32,496 bases of DNA from IMG/VR virus record IMGVR_UViG_3300008255_000089, positions 1 to 32,496 of that record. One strand, 5' to 3'. Both the position numbers and the translations under genes were made by a program. The notes beneath the pieces are model-generated. The model was not told where the DNA came from. It did no database searches and worked only from the letters and a program-made list of their open reading frames with translations. The DNA comes from a virus. Lineage: Duplodnaviria; Caudoviricetes. Of this stretch, positions 10,213-16,254 are shown one piece after another; the first letter of the stretch is position 1, and the number at the start of each line of letters is the position of its first letter.

Positions 10213-10230
10213 TAAACTGATTGCGCGCAC

Positions 10231-10400
10231 ATAAACATAAAGTTGGGGTTGCTTGCCAATAGAACGCGCTGGCCAGCTGAGTGCTGTACTTGGTTGCGGT
10301 TAGTCACTGACGACCCGCCAGCATTTTAAGGGAATTGCACCAAGGCATGAACCGAGCAGGAGGGGCGCGGTGCGGCAAGCAGGCCCAACTTTGTATTTAT
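10231..10400 (+). other. Large structured intergenic element / candidate ncRNA
   Basis: 10231-10257 pairs with 10374-10400 (including AAAGTTGGG/CCCAACTTT and TGCTTGCC/GGCAAGCA), with further internal stems. Confidence 0.6.
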
Positions 10401-10419
10401 AAACAAAATGGAGAAAGCT

Positions 10420-10677
10420 ATGGGTAACGAAAGCAACCCAATGGAAGATTACAAAAAAGGCAGGCAATCAAGGTTGGAGCAGGTAAAGGCACAGCGGCAG
10501 GGTGTTTTGCGGGAACTTGGGGAGTGGCAGCAGCGCGAGGCGCAAGCCAAAGCAATGAGGGAAAAATTGGCGCATGACTTAAGCGCAGTAAACGGCAGGG
10601 TTGAGGAATTGGGGCAGGAAATTAAAGAGCTTGGGGGCCAAAATGCCAGCAAGCAAAAACCGTCTAAAAACAAATAA
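10420..10677 (+). CDS. Hypothetical coiled-coil protein
   Basis: Heptad-rich ORF; start placed at ATG 10420 after GGAGAAAGCT. Confidence 0.75.
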   Translation: MGNESNPMEDYKKGRQSRLEQVKAQRQGVLRELGEWQQREAQAKAMREKLAHDLSAVNGRVEELGQEIKELGGQNASKQKPSKNK

Positions 10678-10690
10678 AGGCGAGGAACGA

Positions 10691-11041
10691 ATGGAACCAA
10701 CGGCCCTTACGGTTACGGAGTATTTTTTTTGGGGTGCAGTAAGCGGAGCCGTCGGTTACGCTTATTACCTATACGTTACGCGGTATGCCTCCCCTACCAA
10801 TAACCACGTTTACACTGCCGGCGTGCGTGGTTTTTTCCTTGCCCTTTTGGGTGTTATTTTAAGCAGCTTACTTGGCGGGCTCTTTGCGGTGGCCTTCGAC
10901 AGAAGCCGCGCCACAAGTATTATTGTTGGTGTATTTACTTTTTTCATTTACACCAGTATTTTGCGCGGGCTTAAAAGCGGCAGCTTTTTAAATGCGATGC
11001 GTGAGCTGCTCATTAAGCTACTCACTGGGGGCATAAAATGA
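10691..11041 (+). CDS. Membrane protein (3 TM), holin/antiholin candidate
   Basis: GAGG RBS, three hydrophobic segments, upstream of endolysin. Confidence 0.65.
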   Translation: MEPTALTVTEYFFWGAVSGAVGYAYYLYVTRYASPTNNHVYTAGVRGFFLALLGVILSSLLGGLFAVAFDRSRATSIIVGVFTFFIYTSILRGLKSGSFLNAMRELLIKLLTGGIK

Positions 11042-11385
11042 TTGACCCAATTAGCATGGCAAGTTTATTGGTACGCATGGCTTTAGTTATTTTTTTTGCC
11101 GCTATGGCTTGGAATTTATACGAGCGGCGTTATTGCGGCATGGCAACTTTGCTATTGGGCATGTTTTTTTTCACGTTTAGGTTTGTGCTTTTGCGCGTTT
11201 TGGCAATCCACCGTTACGACTACGCAAACAGCAGTGCGCAGATACAACAGATTGGCATATGGTTACAGAGCCCAATTGTAACAATATGGGCAGAGTTGGT
11301 AATGCTGGTTGGTATTGTCATGATGGCTAAAAGCTTTAACGGCTATTTTAACAACCATGGAGGTAAATATGGCAGGAGAAAGTAA
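11038..11385 (+). CDS. Membrane protein (3 TM), lysis-cassette associated
   Basis: ATGA-type overlap with the previous gene; three hydrophobic segments; basic C-terminus. Confidence 0.65.
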   Translation: MIDPISMASLLVRMALVIFFAAMAWNLYERRYCGMATLLLGMFFFTFRFVLLRVLAIHRYDYANSSAQIQQIGIWLQSPIVTIWAELVMLVGIVMMAKSFNGYFNNHGGKYGRRK

Positions 11386-11479
11386 GCCCACGGACAACCC
11401 GCTTGGTGGCAAAGACCAGACAGGCAACGAGGGGCTTGGCGACGAGGAATTTAACACGGAGGGCACCAATGGCAGTTGA
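11369..11479 (+). CDS. 36-aa acidic micro-ORF (MAGESKPTDNPLGGKDQTGNEGLGDEEFNTEGTNGS)
   Basis: Strong RBS GGAGGT 4-5 nt upstream; fills the gap and overlaps the endolysin start; below the ORF-track cutoff. Confidence 0.55.
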   Translation: MAGESKPTDNPLGGKDQTGNEGLGDEEFNTEGTNGS

Positions 11480-12644
11480 GTTTTACGTGCCAGAGCTTAA
11501 GGCTGCGAGCGCATGGGTTGACCACCGGCAGGCAATCCCCGGCAACAGCTTTAGTTGGGCAGGCATGCAGGATATATCCCGCATAACGCAGCTGGTAATA
11601 CACCACACAGTTACGCCACGCACCACGCACCCGGACGACATTGCGCGCATGCACTTAAGCAGATGGGGCGCAAACGCAGGGGTTGGGTACCATTTTTTGA
11701 TTAGTGGCAGTGAGTTTTCCAACGGCTACGCCAAGGTTTTTTACGTTGGCGACCTTGCAACATACCGTGCCCACGTGGCAAACAAAAACATTGGCCGCAT
11801 TGGGATAAGCCTTATTGGCAACTTTGAGCAGGGGCACGCTGGGTACACCGGCCCACCTACGCCGGAGCAGTTGCGCAGTGCGCACGCTTTGGTGCGTGAG
11901 TTTGTGGCGCGCGAAAGCAAGCGCATGCCACTCCTTACCGGGTACGACAAGGTGGTTAAGCACAAAGATTTACAGGCCACCGCTTGCCCCGGCAACACGG
12001 TTGACCAGTGGTGGAATGCAATAATTAAAGGGGAGGTTAATGTGATTAAACTTAATAATGGCGACGTTTTCAAGGTTGGCAACGAGGCGGCGCATTGGCT
12101 TTTGGAGGGCGGCAAAAAGCGGGCGTTTAGTAGCGCGGAGGCATTTACCGAGCATCGTTACAAATGGGAGCAGGCCAAGGTTGTTGACCGGGCACAGGCA
12201 GACGGCATACCGGACGGCGCGCCGGTGTTTAGCCGTTATGAGCACGTACTTAACAAGGCTGGCCGTAAAACAATTGAGCAGCTGTTTGTTGATGGCGATG
12301 CGATTACGCCAACACAGCTTTTAACGAACACGCGCGAGCAGATTGATAAGTGGATTATTACGGAGCGCGACAGCGCTGCAAAGATTGCGGCAGCACAAAA
12401 ACAAACCAAAGCGGCAAACGATGCACTGGCAAAAAAGGTTGCAGAGGTTGCGACGTTGCAAAAAGAAAACAGCACGCTTGATACGCAGGTTGAGGTGCAG
12501 GCCAAGGCAATTGCCGACCGTGACGAACAAATAAAAACGTTGCAAGCAAAGGTGGCTGAGCTTGAGGCGCAGGAGCCCATTGTTGACACCGGCGAGTTTG
12601 AGCGTGTATTTTGGCGTATTTACTTTAAAAAAGGAGGGCTGTAA
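11469..12644 (+). CDS. Endolysin: N-acetylmuramoyl-L-alanine amidase (Amidase_2/PGRP-like) with middle domain and coiled-coil tail
   Basis: 'VIHHT', 'GVGYHFLI', 'AHV...N..IGISLIGNF', 'HKDLQATACPG' Zn-amidase motifs; start ATG 11469 after GGAGGG. Confidence 0.92.
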   Translation: MAVEFYVPELKAASAWVDHRQAIPGNSFSWAGMQDISRITQLVIHHTVTPRTTHPDDIARMHLSRWGANAGVGYHFLISGSEFSNGYAKVFYVGDLATYRAHVANKNIGRIGISLIGNFEQGHAGYTGPPTPEQLRSAHALVREFVARESKRMPLLTGYDKVVKHKDLQATACPGNTVDQWWNAIIKGEVNVIKLNNGDVFKVGNEAAHWLLEGGKKRAFSSAEAFTEHRYKWEQAKVVDRAQADGIPDGAPVFSRYEHVLNKAGRKTIEQLFVDGDAITPTQLLTNTREQIDKWIITERDSAAKIAAAQKQTKAANDALAKKVAEVATLQKENSTLDTQVEVQAKAIADRDEQIKTLQAKVAELEAQEPIVDTGEFERVFWRIYFKKGGL

Positions 12645-12922
12645 TGCGTATACCCGACGCGCTTAAAAAGGCTGTTTGGGAAACTGTAAAAACAGCAGGG
12701 CGCATTGCTATTAGTGGTGCCATTGGCGCACTGTTTGTTTGGGTACAGGGATTAGTTACTAGCAACACCGACCCCGGCATGGCTATTGTGTATGGCGGTA
12801 TTTTGTTTTTGCTGGATAAGTTGCAATACGCGTTTACCAAAGAGCAGTACAGGCAGGATGCCGCAAAGGCACCAGACCCAATTGTAATGGCACAAAAACC
12901 AAAAGGCATTATCCCTTTTTAG
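12644..12922 (+). CDS. Putative holin (2 TM)
   Basis: 92 aa, two hydrophobic segments, directly after the endolysin (AAGGAGG RBS, TAATG overlap). Confidence 0.65.
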   Translation: MRIPDALKKAVWETVKTAGRIAISGAIGALFVWVQGLVTSNTDPGMAIVYGGILFLLDKLQYAFTKEQYRQDAAKAPDPIVMAQKPKGIIPF

Positions 12923-12945
12923 CGGCAATAGTAAATTGGATAAAC

Positions 12946-12983
12946 ACAAAACCACCGGCGTTTTTATTCGCTGGTGGTTTTGT
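12946..12983. terminator. Probably bidirectional intrinsic terminator
   Basis: ACAAAACCACCGGCG-loop-CGCTGGTGGTTTTGT stem with T-rich runs on both strands; ends the late operon and could end the minus-strand RNA. Confidence 0.75.
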
Positions 12984-12989
12984 TGTGTG

Positions 12990-13182
12990 CCTGCCAAGGC
13001 CTGTTGCCGCTTTCAGGGCTTGGCCCTTTCCCCTTTCGGGTAGTGTCTTGGGGTGGGTTCCGGTAGGCGGGGCTACTTCGCTTTCGCGTCTGTTGCCGCT
13101 TTCAGGTTTTCCTAGGGGCCGCTTTCGCGGTGCCGCTTGTTTTGGTTCCCTCCCCGGTAGGCGGGGCTGCTTCCTTGGCAGG
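12990..13182 (-). ncRNA. Candidate structured ncRNA with two duplicated domains
   Basis: Perfect 10-bp closing stem; three GAAA-tetraloop hairpins on the minus strand; a 17-nt and a 20-nt motif are each present twice; own promoter and terminator. Confidence 0.7.
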
Positions 13183-13221
13183 TTGCTGGTTGTGTTGTTA
13201 ATGTTCCCCTTTTGTGATTCT

Positions 13222-13249
13222 ATCGTACACCAGACTGGTCAAAAGACAA
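13222..13249 (-). promoter_or_regulatory. Sigma70-like promoter for the minus-strand RNA
   Basis: TTGTCT-16 nt-TACGAT on the minus strand (a TAGAAT also overlaps); palindrome ACCAG-A-CTGGT (13229-13239) in the spacer. Confidence 0.55.
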
Positions 13250-13288
13250 GAGGATTTGCAAAAGGGTTACCCTACCCCACCCGGCGCA

Positions 13289-13297
13289 TGATAAAAT
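13289..13297 (+). promoter_or_regulatory. Extended -10 promoter for the sRNA
   Basis: TGaTAAAAT ending 6 nt before the seed hairpin. Confidence 0.6.
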
Positions 13298-13303
13298 TAC
13301 AAG

Positions 13304-13358
13304 TGGCTTTCTCCGAGCCAAGCAAGGCGGTGCCGCAAGGTGCCGCTTTTGCGTTATT
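13304..13358 (+). ncRNA. Candidate trans-acting antisense sRNA (anti-RBS)
   Basis: Hairpin TGGCT-TTCTCCG-AGCCA whose sequence is the reverse complement of the recurring RBS motif CTCGGAGAAAGC; followed by a GCAA-tetraloop terminator. Confidence 0.7.
13322..13358 (+). terminator. Intrinsic terminator of the sRNA
   Basis: AAGGCGGTGCC-GCAA-GGTGCCGCTTTT; the G-U pairs and GNRA loop work only on the + strand; followed by GCGTTATT. Confidence 0.7.
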
Positions 13359-13562
13359 GCGGGTTTGCTCCCCTGCGATAGCCTATACCAAAGGAGCAAC
13401 TAGCATACAAAAACATGGTAAAATTACCTGTTTTGCGTGTAGCGCCACCAGTGGCACGCTGGCGCATTTACCCCGCATAATGGCATTGGATATTTGCCGA
13501 GCGCTTTAAAAGCGTTGTCGTGGGCCATAAAACGAGTTTTTTCCGGCGGCCAAAAAAAAGTA

Positions 13563-13590
13563 TTGCACTTTGCCACTTGAGGTGTATCAT
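13563..13590 (+). promoter_or_regulatory. Early promoter P1 (rep operon)
   Basis: TTGCAC-16-TATCAT followed by GCAGCCAAC; A-tract upstream. Confidence 0.7.
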
Positions 13591-13644
13591 GCAGCCAACA
13601 AACCCTTTGCAAAACAGCTTAATAAATTTAACTCGGAGGCGGCC

Positions 13645-14397
13645 ATGGGTGACAGTAAAAACAAAAGCCCGGCATTTCAATTTTACCCAAAGGATTGGTT
13701 AAGTGATGTGCGCGTGCGCAGCATGACCCCGGCGCAACGTGGTTATTACATTGACCTTTTGGCATACATGTGGCTTGAGCCAGAGGCACAGCTGCCAAAT
13801 GATGACGAGTTGCTTGCCGGGTTGTTGCATTGCAGCGCGGATGATTTAAGGGTGGTTAAAGGGTGCTTGGCAATTGGTTCAAAGGTGGTTACCCAAAAAC
13901 GACTGCAAGCTGAGCGGGATAAACAACGCGAGTGGCGCGAAAAGTCAAAGCTTGGCGGCTTAAAATCAGCAGCAAAACGGCGCAAGGCCAGTGCTGGTAA
14001 CGATAAAGAGCAACCCAACGGTGGTGCAACCACCCTTGGTACCACCCTTGCAACCAAAGGGCAACCAAAGGGCAACATTGCTTCTTCGTTTTCTTTTTCA
14101 AAGAAAGCTAATAGAGGTGTGGATAATGTGGATAACTTTGCAAGTGGTAAAGCTGCTTTTAAAAAATTACCAGATTGGCCCCAACCAGACCAAAAGGTTT
14201 TAAGCCAGTTGGCCAAGTATTGCATGGAACAAGATCCCACTTACTACGAGGGGCAAACAGGTGCCATGCGGCAGGTGCTTAAGTGGGCCAACCAATACGG
14301 CATGCCAAAAATAAACGCGGCCATACAGGCAAACAACATACACGGCAGCCCCGGCCTATTTACGTTTAAACAATTATTGGAGGATGGCAATGTTTAA
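13645..14397 (+). CDS. Replication initiator, DUF1376/YdaU-like N-terminus
   Basis: 'SPAFQFYPKDWLSD...MTPAQRGYYIDLLAYMW....LPNDD..LA' is typical of DUF1376; internal iteron-like repeats; start ATG 13645 after CTCGGAGG. Confidence 0.85.
   Translation: MGDSKNKSPAFQFYPKDWLSDVRVRSMTPAQRGYYIDLLAYMWLEPEAQLPNDDELLAGLLHCSADDLRVVKGCLAIGSKVVTQKRLQAERDKQREWREKSKLGGLKSAAKRRKASAGNDKEQPNGGATTLGTTLATKGQPKGNIASSFSFSKKANRGVDNVDNFASGKAAFKKLPDWPQPDQKVLSQLAKYCMEQDPTYYEGQTGAMRQVLKWANQYGMPKINAAIQANNIHGSPGLFTFKQLLEDGNV
13848..14135. other. Putative replication origin inside the rep gene
   Basis: AAGGGTGGTT-type repeats (13848, 13859, 13881) with inverted copies (14028, 14040), 11-bp tandem GCAACCAAAGG, a T-rich tract, and two perfect DnaA boxes TGTGGATAA (14118-14135). 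Confidence 0.75.
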
Positions 14398-14998
14398 GGT
14401 GCTTGCTGTTTGCGTTGGTTTAGTGGCCGCGCTTGGTGCTGGTTACGCACAGCCAAGCCCACAGCTGCCATACAGCCACGGCACAACTGTTGTTGATGGT
14501 GGGCACGCCGGCATGAAGGATGCGCCAATTAGCGCTCCGGTAAGCGCACCGGTTACCCCTACCCTGCCGACGGAGCCAGAGCCAACACCGGAGCCAGAGC
14601 CAATTGTTGAGCCGGTTGTTGAGCTATGCGGCCCGGATATTATTATTTTTTGCGACGACATGTTGCCGCTTAACAACGGTGATGGTTGGGTGCCAACGCC
14701 AAGCACTTACACGGTAACGCTTGAGGGTGAGGCTAGTTGGTATGAAATGGGCCACACCACCAGTTGCGGTTACCCATACAACCCGGACGATATTACGGTT
14801 GCGCTGGCAATTAAGCACATGGACAAGGCCAAGTTATGTGGGGCACCAATAGTAGTTACCTATAACGGCAAAACAATAACGGCAGCCATAACCGATACCA
14901 TGCCGGACAACGGCACCGGGCGCATTGTCGATTTGTCGCGAGGCACGCGCAAAGCGCTTGGCATGGGCGATTTGGGGCATGTTGTGTTGCACTATTAA
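14390..14998 (+). CDS. Exported RlpA-like (DPBB) protein
   Basis: Signal peptide, Pro/Glu-rich linker, 'GEASWY...T.CG......VAL...CG..IVVTYNGKTITA.ITD....GRIVDLSRG...ALG' double-psi beta-barrel. Confidence 0.85.
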   Translation: MFKVLAVCVGLVAALGAGYAQPSPQLPYSHGTTVVDGGHAGMKDAPISAPVSAPVTPTLPTEPEPTPEPEPIVEPVVELCGPDIIIFCDDMLPLNNGDGWVPTPSTYTVTLEGEASWYEMGHTTSCGYPYNPDDITVALAIKHMDKAKLCGAPIVVTYNGKTITAAITDTMPDNGTGRIVDLSRGTRKALGMGDLGHVVLHY

Positions 14999-15014
14999 GT
15001 GTAAAAGAAAACCC

Positions 15015-15042
15015 TTTACAAAACCCTTTGTTTTGGTATCAT
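15015..15042 (+). promoter_or_regulatory. Early promoter P2
   Basis: TTTACA-16-TATCAT with extended -10 TG. Confidence 0.75.
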
Positions 15043-15080
15043 GAGATTGTAGCAAGTTACTTATTACCCCGGAGAAAGCA

Positions 15081-15110
15081 ATGGCCTTTAAAGAATGGCT
15101 TAGATTTTAA
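15081..15110 (+). CDS. 9-aa leader peptide MAFKEWLRF (possibly a frameshifted small gene)
   Basis: First ATG after P2, preceded by CGGAGAAAGC; the +1 frame stays open to 15168. Confidence 0.35.
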   Translation: MAFKEWLRF

Positions 15111-15179
15111 AAACGGCGACGTGATGCACTTTATGCGTTATTTGGCCGTTGGTTTAGTTACTTTATAAGGAGGGTTGCA

Positions 15180-15392
15180 ATGCAGCGCCAACAGATTCAA
15201 TTGCAGGATTTACCAAAGTACAACAAGGAAAACCGCGACGTTTACGCAATGCGCAGGCAGGAAATTTTCCGCATGTACACTGAGGATGGCCTTACCCTTG
15301 TTGACATTGCCGGGCAGACCGGGTTAACCGCAGTGCGGGTTGGCCAGATTGTGCAGCAGGTTGAGCAGGAAATTGCCACAGCAGGCATTTAA
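15180..15392 (+). CDS. Small helix-turn-helix protein (sigma region-4-like)
   Basis: 'RRQEIFRMY..DGLTLVDIAGQTGLTAVRVGQIV' HTH; AAGGAGG RBS. Confidence 0.8.
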   Translation: MQRQQIQLQDLPKYNKENRDVYAMRRQEIFRMYTEDGLTLVDIAGQTGLTAVRVGQIVQQVEQEIATAGI

Positions 15393-15428
15393 ACAGTTTA
15401 CTTTTTACCCACCTAAAAGGAGCAAACA

Positions 15429-15596
15429 ATGTTTGCCAAAAACAAAAACAAAAGAGCCGAAGCCGCAAACACGGCATACAACAAGCGGCTCAACGTAATG
15501 GTGCAAGCTACCTACGCCACCCGGTACGACCGCGGCAAAAGCCGCCAACTGGAAGCGCAGGCGCGCGCAATGCTGCCACAAATACGGCACACATAA
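15429..15596 (+). CDS. Hypothetical basic protein (55 aa)
   Basis: AAGGAG RBS; MFAKNKNKRAEAAN...; below the ORF-track cutoff. Confidence 0.65.
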   Translation: MFAKNKNKRAEAANTAYNKRLNVMVQATYATRYDRGKSRQLEAQARAMLPQIRHT

Positions 15597-15658
15597 CACA
15601 CCGGGCAAAAAGCCCAACACCTCAAAACAAAAACTAAAAAATTACTGGATAAAACAAA

Positions 15659-15835
15659 ATGGATAACGTACAAAAACTTGAGCACTTTGTGGCTATGATG
15701 GCAAGCCCTTTAACGGAGCAACAAAAGCGCTATTGGCAAAACCTGTTTTTTACAACATATACAGGCATGCCGCACAGCGAGCAAGTTGCCGTAACACGAA
15801 AATATACCCCGCAAGATAATGGCGAGGTGGCATAA
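15659..15835 (+). CDS. Hypothetical protein (58 aa)
   Basis: MDNVQKLEHFVAMM...; TAATG overlap with the next gene. Confidence 0.55.
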   Translation: MDNVQKLEHFVAMMASPLTEQQKRYWQNLFFTTYTGMPHSEQVAVTRKYTPQDNGEVA

Positions 15836-16131
15836 TGAACGACGACGAAAAGGCACAGTTTTTGGATTGGGCCAAAACCCAATACGGATGGAGCGACCAA
15901 ACAGTTGCGCAGTACAAAGGCATGCTGGATAAGGTAAAAGATTTTGTGCGCATTGCCGGGCACCGTTGGGTAAAAGATGACGGCGGACTGGACGACAACC
16001 TTAGCGAGGCAGCCGAGGTTAAAATAACCATTGTGGAGTTGCAGGAAAGTAACCGCAACAAACGCACGGCATACACGCTTGCAACATTTTTTGCGACAAT
16101 TTGGCTGTTAATTCACTACATAATGAGCTAA
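15835..16131 (+). CDS. Hypothetical protein with C-terminal TM anchor
   Basis: GAGGTG RBS; hydrophobic C-terminus. Confidence 0.7.
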   Translation: MNDDEKAQFLDWAKTQYGWSDQTVAQYKGMLDKVKDFVRIAGHRWVKDDGGLDDNLSEAAEVKITIVELQESNRNKRTAYTLATFFATIWLLIHYIMS

Positions 16132-16157
16132 TAAAAATAACCGGCACACAACAAGCC

Positions 16158-16254
16158 ACCCCTCCCCTACCCTAGCGGCCAGAGCGCCATATAAGCCATA
16201 TATATAATATAAATATAGGCTTTTGGCACACCTCGTGCGGGGTAGGGGAGGGGT
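16158..16254. repeat. 15-bp perfect inverted repeat around an AT-only core
   Basis: ACCCCTCCCCTACCC/GGGTAGGGGAGGGGT, inner stems, a 20-nt A/T-only centre, and a T-tract after the right arm. Confidence 0.85.

Noticed and set aside
13001-13173. The + strand as the functional strand of the duplicated RNA
   Set aside because: The + strand can form extra G-U pairs (CUGUUGCCG/CGGUAGGCGG), but the GAAA tetraloops, A-rich linkers, promoter and terminator favour the minus strand; not fully excluded
12990-13182. CRISPR mini-array, TIGR array, known riboswitch (glycine CUUUCAGG, c-di-GMP, cobalamin, ZTP), hammerhead/twister, or IS200/IS605 end
   Set aside because: Only short partial motifs match; required core elements and their order are missing; no Cas, Nop-domain, TnpA/TnpB or RAYT gene is visible. 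An Infernal search is still needed to be sure
12985-13509. 174-aa + strand ORF (and the stop-free minus frame) across the control hub
   Set aside because: No usable RBS; low-complexity translation; the internal repeats are out of frame; it is TC-rich unlike real genes; and it crosses promoters and terminators
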